Source: Terriglobia bacterium
Lineage (GTDB): Bacteria > Acidobacteriota > Terriglobia > 20CM-2-55-15
Reading direction: 5' to 3'
DNA length: 64,000 nt
Assembly: GCA_965218585.1 (NCBI GenBank)
Contig: CBDCLE010000026.1
Location: 96,001 to 160,000, forward strand
Below are positions 41,786 to 52,013 of the stretch, in pieces. How positions within the stretch are numbered: the first letter of the stretch is position 1; every line of letters starts with the position of its first letter. Both the position numbers and the translations under genes were made by a program. The notes beneath the pieces were generated by a model that was not told where the DNA came from, did not search any database, and worked only from the letters and a program-made list of their open reading frames with translations.

Positions 41786-42492
41786 CTGTGACTGCGATCA
41801 ACCTCCTGGGGACGCGCCAGGATTACGCCACTCATTCGGTTTGCATTAAGAAATTCCGCCAAATCCTGATCCACTACGTGTCCACGACTCAAGGGGGCAT
41901 GGCGCATCCGAACGCCGTCTTCGTGAATGAGAATCCCACAGTGAAACACGTCGCGGTCCGGGAGGGTCGACGCGAAGAAAATCAGATCTCCCGTCCGAAC
42001 GTCTTCCCTTCTTCTCATGAATTCACGTTTGGGGATCGAACGCACTCGAATTGTTCTTTCCGGCAGTCCATGGAGAACATTGAGGCATCGGCGGCGCTCA
42101 ACAAGTCCGGGACCTCGAGTCCGGTTGCGAACAACTCCCGCACGACTATTGTTCCTGATCCAGGTCGTCATATAGTGGTTTCTCTTCTTCCAGTCGACTT
42201 CGCCGTCAGCGTAGCGGATGTACTGCAGGTTCCCGACAAACTCCTCAGTAGACGACGCACGGGCAAGAGCGAGAACGGTCTCCACATAGGTGACGCAGTC
42301 GAAACCGCTGAAGGACGCCGTGAAGACCTCCTCTTGGTCAAGGTCCCCGATAAGCATGTTCTTCATATATGGGTATTCGAGGAACTCTTCGCTGATGGCA
42401 GCGATGCGTGAGCCGATTCCCGATACGGGTTTTACCCGTCGCAGTATCTGTCTGACACGCTTTCGATCAAGATGCTTTGGAGTCTTTGTCAT
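41782..42492 (-). CDS. DUF1460 N-acetylmuramoyl-L-alanine amidase-like protein (NlpC/P60-related)
   Basis: FDCVTYVETVLALA, RNHY, GDLIFF, HCG. Confidence 0.88.
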   Translation of the reverse strand: MTKTPKHLDRKRVRQILRRVKPVSGIGSRIAAISEEFLEYPYMKNMLIGDLDQEEVFTASFSGFDCVTYVETVLALARASSTEEFVGNLQYIRYADGEVDWKKRNHYMTTWIRNNSRAGVVRNRTRGPGLVERRRCLNVLHGLPERTIRVRSIPKREFMRRREDVRTGDLIFFASTLPDRDVFHCGILIHEDGVRMRHAPLSRGHVVDQDLAEFLNANRMSGVILARPQEVDRSHR

Positions 42493-42670
42493 CCAAACCG
42501 ATTCTAGCAGACACAGGCGTCAGACAAAGGCCGACGAATTCACTGATGGCCCGGCATGGGGGGACCGGACCAGCGCCCGCGCTCCCTCTCACTTTGCATA
42601 ACCAAAACGTCAGTGCCCTCGTCAATGCTTGGCTATGTGGGGGACGGTGGGCCCCATGCTAATGGACGTC

Positions 42671-42703
42671 AAAAAAAAGGCGCAACCTCTTAGTTGCGCC
42701 TTT
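42671..42703 (-). terminator. intrinsic terminator
   Basis: ggcgcaac/gttgcgcc stem followed on the minus strand by T8. Confidence 0.88.
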
Positions 42704-42736
42704 GCAGGAGGATACAGGATAGTAGAAGAATCAGGA

Positions 42737-42928
42737 CTATTCGTCGGTCAGGGAGATGTCGTCAAAATCGCCGGTGTCCAGGTCTAAGTCCTCGATGTCG
42801 AGATCTATACTCATGTCATCGGAAGCGAGGAGATAGTCCTCACCATCCTCGAAAAAGAACTCGTCGAAGGACTCTTCCAATTTGAACTGCTGATAACGCT
42901 CATCGAATTTAATTCGAATCGGAATCAT
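42737..42928 (-). CDS. small highly acidic protein (63 aa)
   Basis: Strong RBS AAGGAGGT upstream of the ATG at 42928 and its own terminator. Confidence 0.8.
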   Translation of the reverse strand: MIPIRIKFDERYQQFKLEESFDEFFFEDGEDYLLASDDMSIDLDIEDLDLDTGDFDDISLTDE

Positions 42929-43522
42929 GGCGCCCACCTCCTTGGTCGCTCTGTCCTAACGAAGCAATTTCCGCACCAAGTTTGAACAACAGGGATAGTG
43001 CCTTTAAAAAGAAAGGGTTCGCCTGCGTCGCTCAAAGTCAGCCCACCGTCGGAAACAGTCCCGAATCCTGACGGGGCGTCAAAATGCTGAATTCTTAAGT
43101 ACAACGCCGCCACTCCTTTTTCCCCGCACGGGTTCGTTTCATGCCTACTGAATTCCGCCTCAACGGCACTATTCGGGTGCTGACCCGGTACCAAGTACGG
43201 GTGCGGAGAAGGCCAGTGCGGCGGGTGTATGGTGGTGACGCGATCTTCGCAGCAAGGGAGGTACGCCTCACTGCGCTACCGGTGACTTCTAACGCGCTAA
43301 AACAACGTTGGTCTACTAGCGGCCTGAACCCAGGGTGTGCCCGGACCAACGCCTCTCGGAGTCCATTTGCTTATAATTCCCGCGTTTTGTACACTGCGCG
43401 CAGTTGTCGACGCAAGTAGAGGGCGTTGCACACTTGGTTCTGAACCCTGTACCATTTACATTGGTCTCTACTTCCGACACGACCTCCTCGCGGGAGGTAG
43501 CATTTAGATATAGGAGTCACCT

Positions 43523-44455
43523 ATGAGCACGGCGCATATCCACATTGTTTTGAACCATTTTCCAACGATCGGCACGGTTATCGGGCTGGCTCTGTTCGTT
43601 CTGGCCCTCGTTGGCAAGAACAATGAAGTGAAACGATTCGCGCTGGGACTTTTCGTGATATCCAGCATGCTGGTGATACCGACCTACCTGAGCGGTAGTG
43701 GAGCTTCCGAAATCATCGTGGATCGTCCTGAGATTTCCGAGGCCATGATCCAGGCGCACCAGGACCAAGCTTTTTGGGCCTTCCTGTTTGCGGGCATAAC
43801 GGCCGCATTCGCGTGGCTGGGACTCTGGGAGTTTCGGCGATTCGGTGCAGAGAAACCGTGGAACTCGAAAGTCGTCCTTGTTCTCGGCGTCATCACCCTT
43901 GCCCTGATGACGGTCACAGGAACGGCCGGTGGTGGAATATCTCATCCGGAAATTCGAGTCGAGGGAGCCGTGGAGCCGACGCTGGATGAAGGATCCATCA
44001 GTGCCGCGATCGAAACGTTTATCATCACAAGACCATGGGTATGGCCCGCATCCGAGGTCTTGCACTTCATCGGAATGGCGCTTTTATTCGGGGTCGTGCT
44101 GCTTGTCAATCTGCGGATGCTGGGAGTGATTAAGGGTATTTCCTATGAGTCATTGCACGCGCTCCTGCCGTGGGGCATGCTCGCTTTTGGGGTCAATCTC
44201 GTCACGGGAATGCTCTTTTTTATAGGGGCCTCAGCCCAGTACACCAACAACCTCTCTTTCTATTTCAAGATCATTCTGGTGTTACTTGCCGGCATGAACA
44301 TCATCTACTTTACGGTCTTTGATGACGTCTGGAACGTGAAGGCGGACGATGTAGCACCGATCACAGCAAAAGTCATGGCCGCCTCGACGATAGCCATGTG
44401 GGTCGGTGTTATCTATTTCGGCCGCATGCTGCCCTACATCGGCAACGCATTCTAA
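43523..44455 (+). CDS. polytopic membrane protein (DUF2231-like N-half fused to DUF6644-like C-half)
   Basis: HIVLNHFPTIG, about eight TMs, EVLHFIG..NLRMLG, GRMLPY; TAGGAG RBS. Confidence 0.75.
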   Translation: MSTAHIHIVLNHFPTIGTVIGLALFVLALVGKNNEVKRFALGLFVISSMLVIPTYLSGSGASEIIVDRPEISEAMIQAHQDQAFWAFLFAGITAAFAWLGLWEFRRFGAEKPWNSKVVLVLGVITLALMTVTGTAGGGISHPEIRVEGAVEPTLDEGSISAAIETFIITRPWVWPASEVLHFIGMALLFGVVLLVNLRMLGVIKGISYESLHALLPWGMLAFGVNLVTGMLFFIGASAQYTNNLSFYFKIILVLLAGMNIIYFTVFDDVWNVKADDVAPITAKVMAASTIAMWVGVIYFGRMLPYIGNAF

Positions 44456-44842
44456 AGACAATCTGGCGGGGCACTTCGGTTCCAAGCCCCGCCAAGGTCC
44501 CCCGAACGATTTCTGCCTCCCCCCCTACCGCTTCTCGCGAACTGGACTTTCCCCGACATGCTAGATACCTATCGGGCGTGATTGGACGGTTGGCCGAGAA
44601 AAAGAAGAATCGAAAGGGAAGAACCACCTCTGACACGATTTTGCTTGGACAATACAAATTCGTCTCGACAATAATGATTGGAAATTGGCGGCTGGTGCAG
44701 GAAGTAGGACGAAGGACCGAGGCGAACAGAGGGCCTTTCGGGTAACGTTCATGGCCGCGACGAGTTTTTCTGTGCGTTCTTTCTGCCGGGTTACAGGGTA
44801 TTGTGACAGCCTGGAGACTTGCCCTTGTGCGCTAAAAGAGTA

Positions 44843-45739
44843 ATGACAATGCGAGTGGCGAACGTGAGCGGACTGATTTGTCTGTCCGGCGTCATGGTGA
44901 TGGCAATGGGGCTCGACACCCCGCTGTCGGCCCAGAGGGGTCGTCCCGGGATAGTCGATTTTTCCGGCGAGTGGATCGACAGCTCGTTTGAAGAAGACGA
45001 TCGGGGAGGGCCACTGACTGCAGGCCCGAGTCGGGATAACGGAAGGCAACCCGACGCAATGCTCGGCAACTACCTCGGGATACCATACAACGATGCTGGA
45101 CGACAGAAGGCTGCCGCCTTCGACCTGTCCATTTACTCCCATCCGGCCTGGAAGTTGAGACCGCACCCGGCCCAGTATTCGATGCGTGGGATCATCGTCG
45201 TTTGGAGGATGAGCAAACAGATCCATCCGGTGACCGGGCGCCTTGAGGCATACCGAATCACTGGCGGGTACGCCCTGGATCGCACTATCTGGATGGACGG
45301 TCGGCCACATCCGCCCGACTACGTGGAGCACACCTATGACGGTTTCTCGACCGGCCGGTTCGAACGCAACATGCTGGTCGTGACGACCACCCATATGAAG
45401 CACGGATACCACAAGCGCAACGGCGCCCCTGCGAGCGATCAGGCGACGATGACGGAATACTTTATTCGCAACGATGATCGGCTGATGACTCATGTCCAGT
45501 TCACTGAAGATCCGGTTTACCTGGAAGAGCCGTACATCCGCACCACTGACTATGTTCTGGTGGGGAATCGGCACGCCGAGAGTCTCCCTGCACTGAGACA
45601 GCTTTGGGACAACACCGCGGAAATCATGTGGGAAGACGGTTACCTGCCATACCATCCGCTGGGCACTCAACACACGCAGATTTCGGATTTTCTTGGGGAG
45701 GCAGCGAAACCCTCTATCCCGAATATAGGGCAAAGTTGA
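44843..45739 (+). CDS. secreted hypothetical protein
   Basis: Signal peptide, DFSGEW, RTIWMDGRPHP, GFSTG, EDPVYLEEP. Confidence 0.75.
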   Translation: MTMRVANVSGLICLSGVMVMAMGLDTPLSAQRGRPGIVDFSGEWIDSSFEEDDRGGPLTAGPSRDNGRQPDAMLGNYLGIPYNDAGRQKAAAFDLSIYSHPAWKLRPHPAQYSMRGIIVVWRMSKQIHPVTGRLEAYRITGGYALDRTIWMDGRPHPPDYVEHTYDGFSTGRFERNMLVVTTTHMKHGYHKRNGAPASDQATMTEYFIRNDDRLMTHVQFTEDPVYLEEPYIRTTDYVLVGNRHAESLPALRQLWDNTAEIMWEDGYLPYHPLGTQHTQISDFLGEAAKPSIPNIGQS

Positions 45740-45797
45740 GGCAGTTGATGAGCGAATCTGAAGCGGGTGATACCGGCGGCGAAAGGTAGCGGAATCA

Positions 45798-46817
45798 ATG
45801 GAACAGGTCAAGGAAGGGAAAACGTCTAACTATCGGGCGGGCGCTCTGTTGCCTCTTATGACGGCTCTTCTGGTCAGTCTCGCGTTGCCCGCCAGCTCAC
45901 AGCAACCCCATCCGAGCGAATCGCTGGACAGCAATACGCCTATCTATGTGATGCACGTTCAGGGTCAGGTCTACATGCTGGTGGTCGGTGGCGCAAACGG
46001 AGTCAACATCACGGCGCAGGTGGGTGATGAGGGTATTGTCCTTGTGGACTCGGGGCCGGAGGCCCTGGGCGACAGGTTGCTCGAGACCATCAGCGAGTAC
46101 TTCGACGGGAAGCCCGTTCGCTACCTGATCAACACACATGCACACGCCGATCATACGGGTGGGAATCAGGCGGTTGCCGAGGCCTTCGGGACCGAGCTCA
46201 GCAATCCCAACGAGTACGGTGGTGTCCGGATCGTTTCGCATCTGAGCACCCTCAATCGTCTGAGCGGGCTCACGCGAGACGAGCGCGATGTAATTCCCGA
46301 AATGGGACGACCGTATGCAGGTTTCTTCACGGAGAGAATGGATCTTTACCTGAACGGTGAATCGATTGTAGCCCTGTCTGCGCCCGATGCACATACGGAT
46401 GGCGATTTGATGGTCTGGTTCCGGAGCTCAGATGTTCTCGCTTCAGGCGACACCTTCGTGATGGGGCATTATCCCGTGATCGATCCCCAGCGGGGTGGCG
46501 GTCTCCAGGGCTTGATCGACACTGCCACGAAGATTGTTGATGATGTCGCGGTGGCAGAAGCTAATACCAGCGGAGGTACCCGGATTGTTCCAGGCCATGG
46601 GCGGTTGACCAACGAAGCCGAAGTCCTGGATTACCTTTTGATGCTGACCATCGTCCAGGACCGCGTCCAGACCATGGTGGATGCAGGGATGACGCTTGAG
46701 GAAGTGAAGGCCGTCCGCCCGACCCTGGACTACGACGGTGTGTATGGTGGAGATCGGGATTTTTGGACGCCCGAGATGTTTCTCGATGCGGTCTACCGAG
46801 AAGTCGCGAATAACTGA
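45798..46817 (+). CDS. secreted MBL-fold metallo-hydrolase (cyclase-like)
   Basis: THAHADH, AHTDGD, SGD, PGHG. Confidence 0.92.
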   Translation: MEQVKEGKTSNYRAGALLPLMTALLVSLALPASSQQPHPSESLDSNTPIYVMHVQGQVYMLVVGGANGVNITAQVGDEGIVLVDSGPEALGDRLLETISEYFDGKPVRYLINTHAHADHTGGNQAVAEAFGTELSNPNEYGGVRIVSHLSTLNRLSGLTRDERDVIPEMGRPYAGFFTERMDLYLNGESIVALSAPDAHTDGDLMVWFRSSDVLASGDTFVMGHYPVIDPQRGGGLQGLIDTATKIVDDVAVAEANTSGGTRIVPGHGRLTNEAEVLDYLLMLTIVQDRVQTMVDAGMTLEEVKAVRPTLDYDGVYGGDRDFWTPEMFLDAVYREVANN

Positions 46818-46934
46818 GCAGTTGGCGTTGGCTCGTTGTGCTACGTCAGATGCTGGAGGAGGCCGCCGACTTGTTTCGGGTACGCGATGAGTTCCAGCCA
46901 CCGGTCAAAAAATGACTGTGGAGGAAGTCGAGCA

Positions 46935-47795
46935 ATGAATTGGCGAACAATGAAGGATGAGCGGGGTTTGCGGATTCTGACTCTTGCAGGTCTTGTCTTC
47001 GTCATATCCGCTGCCGTGATGGCATCTGATGCGTGGGGACAGAGCGGCCCGGTTACGGAAACGCCTCAAACCATGGCGCCAATGGATCTGACAGGTTATT
47101 GGGTTACGGCGATAACCGAAGACTGGCGCGTGCGCATGATCACGCCTCAGAGAGGTGAGTTTCTGGGGCTTCCTCTCAATGAGGCGGGTATCGAGCTGGC
47201 GAATGCCTGGGACCCTGATCGGGACATTGCGAACGGCGATGAGTGCCGGGCATTCGGCGCAGCTGCGATCATGCGCAGTCCTACGCGGCTCCACATCACA
47301 TGGGAGGACGACAAGACGCTTCGGTTTGAATTCGACCACGGGGAACAGACCCGCATGGTGTACTTTGATCGGTCAATGTCCCCGGGTGAGCGTTCGTGGC
47401 AAGGCCACGCGATAGGCGAGTGGATCGACACGACAGTTCCAACTGGAACGTATAACACGCCCGGTATACTGGACGTAGCTCCGGAGGCAGGTGCACCGAC
47501 GCCGGGCGCCCTGCGGATCGTCACCAGCAATCTCCTGCACCAGTATCACCGCCAAAACGGTACACCGGTCAGTGGGAACGCGATGTTAACTGACATCATC
47601 AATCTCGTAGCAGGTCCCGGCGGCGAGGACTGGCTGATCGTCAAGACAATGATCGACGATCCTGAGTACATGTTCTCCACGATGGTCACCAGTTCGCACT
47701 TCAAGCACGAGCCGGATGATTCCAATTGGAATCCCGAGCCCTGCCAGGTTGAATTGCCGTTCGAGTCGCGGCTTCCAAACCTAAGGTTTGATTGA
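46935..47795 (+). CDS. secreted hypothetical protein, distant paralog of 44843-45739
   Basis: Signal peptide, DLTGYW..TEDW, GHAIGEW, DDPEY; GGAGG RBS. Confidence 0.75.
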   Translation: MNWRTMKDERGLRILTLAGLVFVISAAVMASDAWGQSGPVTETPQTMAPMDLTGYWVTAITEDWRVRMITPQRGEFLGLPLNEAGIELANAWDPDRDIANGDECRAFGAAAIMRSPTRLHITWEDDKTLRFEFDHGEQTRMVYFDRSMSPGERSWQGHAIGEWIDTTVPTGTYNTPGILDVAPEAGAPTPGALRIVTSNLLHQYHRQNGTPVSGNAMLTDIINLVAGPGGEDWLIVKTMIDDPEYMFSTMVTSSHFKHEPDDSNWNPEPCQVELPFESRLPNLRFD

Positions 47796-47879
47796 CGCAG
47801 ATCTGAAAAAAACGTGAACGGGGTGGCTAGAAAACCCTACGAAGTTCGCCCCTTCTCGATGGTCTGATGCAGTAGCATC

Positions 47880-48299
47880 TCAGCGTTCATGGACGAGCGT
47901 CTTGACGCCATTTTCGAAGACTACCTCGATTTTGTTGCCAGCTTTAACAGCCGTCGTCACGCCGACTCCGAACTGTGCGTGCTCCACAACGTCACCTAGA
48001 ACGTAACTGTCCGTCGGGGAATAGCGCTTGGCTAGTGACATGTCTTGCCCGTTCAAGAGCTTTTCATACTGGCTCGCCTTCGCTTTTCGAGATTGAGGTG
48101 GGCGGGAGGCCGCTGCGTTGCGCTGGCGCACGGTTCTTGGGGCTTGACCTGGCTTGTGAGGTTTGTATTTGTGTTGAGCTTTGCAGGTGTTGCAATGCAC
48201 TCGCGCCGGAACGCCATCGACCATGGCTTCGATCGTGTGTGCCAAGATACGGTTGCAGGGACCACACCAACTGTCAACATCATCGCCCGGCCTTAACAT
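47880..48299 (-). CDS. zinc-ribbon protein with Tudor-like C-terminal domain
   Basis: WCGPC..HCNTC; GDVVEHAQFGVG..KIEVVF; AGGAG RBS. Confidence 0.75.
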   Translation of the reverse strand: MLRPGDDVDSWCGPCNRILAHTIEAMVDGVPARVHCNTCKAQHKYKPHKPGQAPRTVRQRNAAASRPPQSRKAKASQYEKLLNGQDMSLAKRYSPTDSYVLGDVVEHAQFGVGVTTAVKAGNKIEVVFENGVKTLVHER

Positions 48300-48423
48300 C
48301 GCCTCTCCTGGTTGCAGTTCACTTGGTCGAGTGTGACCAAAAGTGCGACCAGACCATGCCCAAACATGCCAAAAGGTGACCATTTATCGGTCACCTTTTG
48401 AGGTTAAGTCGCTGATTTAATTA

Positions 48424-48505
48424 TGCCGAAGGCGGGATTCGAACCCGCACACCCGAAGGCACCACCCCCTCAAGATGGCGTGTCTGCCAGTTCCACCACT
48501 TCGGC
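48424..48505 (-). tRNA. tRNA-Leu (anticodon GAG), CCA not encoded
   Basis: GCCGAAG acceptor stem, CCATC-TTGAGGG-GGTGG anticodon arm, long variable arm, GGTTCGAATC T-loop; lies downstream of secG. Confidence 0.97.
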
Positions 48506-48515
48506 TGGTCAGTAT

Positions 48516-48884
48516 CTAGTTGTCTGTTTCAGTTCCGTCTTCGGGAATCTCCCCGGTCGGTTCATCAGGCCCAGGCGTCTCTGTAGCGGGCGCCTCTACA
48601 TCCGGAATGGGAGTGATCGGTGCAACATCTTCGCCAATGACCGAACCCGTACCCGGTTGTGAAATCAGAATCGTCAGTGACAACGAAGTCACCATGAACA
48701 TCACCGCCGCGACTGTCGTCAACCGGTGAAGAAACGTCGTTGCGCTTCTGGCTCCAAAGGAAGCCTGCGACCCACCTCCGCCAAACGTACCTGCAAAATC
48801 CTGTCCCTTTCCCTGCTGCAGAAGTACAACGAGGATCAGGAACACTGAGACGATGATATGCATGATGGTCAGAATTGTAATCAT
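48516..48884 (-). CDS. secG: preprotein translocase subunit SecG
   Basis: LILVVLLQQGKG..FGGGGSQ..FG; two TMs. Confidence 0.96.
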   Translation of the reverse strand: MITILTIMHIIVSVFLILVVLLQQGKGQDFAGTFGGGGSQASFGARSATTFLHRLTTVAAVMFMVTSLSLTILISQPGTGSVIGEDVAPITPIPDVEAPATETPGPDEPTGEIPEDGTETDN

Positions 48885-48905
48885 TGGTTAATCGTTGCTT
48901 GCCGC

Positions 48906-49664
48906 TTAAGATTCCGTGTAACGAATTATCGCCGCAAAAGATTCCGCTTCGAGACTTGCGCCACCCACTAGCGCCCCGTCAATATCCGGTTGCGCCATGA
49001 GATCGGCAATGTTGCCGGGCTTGACGCTCCCACCGTAAAGAATGCGTAGCGACTCCGCAACAGTTGAGTCGTAAACCTCCGATATCACGTCTCGAATCGA
49101 GGCATGCATCTGCTGGGCTATTTCCGGCGTTGCGGTCCGTCCAGTCCCAATCGCCCACACAGGTTCGTACGCGATAATGATATTGGAAAGGTCAGGTGCA
49201 GTCAATTGAGCCAGGCCCGCTCTAAGTTGCTTCTCCACCAGCTTTTCTGCCGTTCCTCCTTCTCTCTCCTCAAGCGTTTCACCCACGCAGACGATCGCCT
49301 TCATCTTCTGGCCGAGAACAGCGGAAATCTTCTTGGATACCGTTTCGTCCGTTTCGCCGAACAACTGGCGCCTCTCTGAGTGTCCAACGATCGAATAAGC
49401 ACATCCCGCTTCACGCAACATCGGTGCCGAGACTTGCCCGGTGTAGGCGCCCTCCTCTTCCCAGTAGACATCCTGGGACGATATATCGACGACGCTTTCA
49501 CGCGTCGCTTCGGCCCCAACCGACAGCGCGGTGAATGGAGGAGCGACAATCACATCACAGTGGTCAACGCCGGCGATGGTCGGAAGCAACGCTTCAAAGA
49601 AGCTGCGGGTCTGGGCCCGTGTCTTGAACAGCTTCCAATTTCCCGCAATGACTCCTCGGCGCAT
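48906..49664 (-). CDS. tpiA: triosephosphate isomerase
   Basis: AGNWK, GHSERR, AYEPVWAIGTG, YGGSVK, LVGGASL. Confidence 0.98.
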   Translation of the reverse strand: MRRGVIAGNWKLFKTRAQTRSFFEALLPTIAGVDHCDVIVAPPFTALSVGAEATRESVVDISSQDVYWEEEGAYTGQVSAPMLREAGCAYSIVGHSERRQLFGETDETVSKKISAVLGQKMKAIVCVGETLEEREGGTAEKLVEKQLRAGLAQLTAPDLSNIIIAYEPVWAIGTGRTATPEIAQQMHASIRDVISEVYDSTVAESLRILYGGSVKPGNIADLMAQPDIDGALVGGASLEAESFAAIIRYTES

Positions 49665-49675
49665 TATTCTCCCCC

Positions 49676-50857
49676 TCAACGATCGGTCAAAACTTCTACG
49701 CCTGGCAACTGCCTTCCCGACAGAAATTCCAGAGCCGCTCCCCCACCCGTAGAGACATGGCTGATCTCGCTCGCAAGTCCGGAAGCGTGGACCGCGGCAG
49801 CCGAATCGCCGCCTCCAACAATCGAAAACACATTCGAGTCGGCAACAGCCCGTCCCACGGCCAGCGTCCCCTCGGCAAACGCTGGGTTCTCGAACACGCC
49901 CATCGGCCCGTTCCACACCACGGTCTTCGCAGCACCGATTATTCCGCTGTAACGTTCAATCGTTCGGGGACCGATGTCGAGCCCCATCTCTTCCGGTTCC
50001 GTGTCCGTTACAGCAATCGTGCGCGTGCCCTCGCCGCCGGGACTGCGAGCAACAACGTGATCCTCAGGCAACAGAATCCTCCGGCCGTCGCGGTGGGCGG
50101 ACTCCAACAGATTACGTGCCAGATCCACGCGGTCTTCTTCCACCAGTGAGTTGCCGGTGGCTACACCCTGTGCCCGAAGGAACGTGTACGCCATCGCGCC
50201 ACCGATCAAGATGTCGTCGGCAATATCCATAAAGCTTTCGATCAGTTCTATCTTTCCCGAAATCTTCGCACCGCCTATGATCGAAACGTACGGATGAGAC
50301 GCCCCTTCGAGCGCACGCCCCAGGGCTTCCACTTCGCGTCCCATCAGAAACCCCACAGCCGCCTCTCGAACGTGCGAAGCTATTCCGGCAGTCGATGCAT
50401 GGGCACGGTGAGCCGCACCGAAGGCGTCATTTACATACACGTCGCACAGGCTGGCGAGAGCAGCGGCAAACTCGGAATCATTAGCCTCTTCTTCAGGATG
50501 GAAACGCAGATTCTCGAGAAGTAGGGTGTCACCGTCTCCCAACCGTCCCACCATCGCTTCAACTTCGGATCCGACACAATCGGGGGCGAAGCCAACGCTC
50601 TGGCCTAACAACTCACCCAATCTGACGGCAACCGGGCCAAGGGTCAGCCGAGGACTGGACTGGCCCCCCGGGCGCCCCATGTGGGAAGCAAGCACGAGGC
50701 GGCCACCGTGGCTGACAACGTATTCGATCGATTCCAGAGCCGCACGGATGCGGGAATCGTCCGAGATTTGACCCTCGGACAAGGGGACGTTGAAATCAAC
50801 GCGCATGAAGACACGTCGTCCGGAAAGATCCAAATCCGTGATGGATAGCTTGGGCAA
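49676..50857 (-). CDS. pgk: phosphoglycerate kinase
   Basis: RVDFNVP, LLENLRF, DAFGAAHRAHAS, WNGPMGVFE, STGGGA. Confidence 0.98.
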   Translation of the reverse strand: MPKLSITDLDLSGRRVFMRVDFNVPLSEGQISDDSRIRAALESIEYVVSHGGRLVLASHMGRPGGQSSPRLTLGPVAVRLGELLGQSVGFAPDCVGSEVEAMVGRLGDGDTLLLENLRFHPEEEANDSEFAAALASLCDVYVNDAFGAAHRAHASTAGIASHVREAAVGFLMGREVEALGRALEGASHPYVSIIGGAKISGKIELIESFMDIADDILIGGAMAYTFLRAQGVATGNSLVEEDRVDLARNLLESAHRDGRRILLPEDHVVARSPGGEGTRTIAVTDTEPEEMGLDIGPRTIERYSGIIGAAKTVVWNGPMGVFENPAFAEGTLAVGRAVADSNVFSIVGGGDSAAAVHASGLASEISHVSTGGGAALEFLSGRQLPGVEVLTDR

Positions 50858-50872
50858 TACGTTCTGCCGGAT

Positions 50873-50931
50873 GTGCGGTCATAGACCGCACCTACAGCCG
50901 ACTCAACTGTGGGGGCGATTGATTACCGCCC
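50873..50931. repeat. REP pair between gap and pgk
   Basis: 50873-50897 is the exact reverse complement of 32592-32616; a GTGG-type variant lies at 50907-50931. Confidence 0.85.
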
Positions 50932-50934
50932 GTC

Positions 50935-51984
<1,050 letters not shown>

Positions 51985-52013
51985 TCATAGTACGCGATCG
52001 GGAGCCACCGTCG

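Noticed and set aside
43100-43370. 6S RNA, c-di-GMP riboswitch or integron attC site
   Set aside because: Only fragmentary resemblance; the required consensus elements could not be matched
44561-45811. 416-aa minus-strand ORF
   Set aside because: Antisense to a plus-strand gene that has a signal peptide and a paralog; no recognisable motifs
49665-49916. N-terminal extension of TpiA
   Set aside because: Overlaps pgk; the TPI signature begins at MRRGVIAGNWK (49664)
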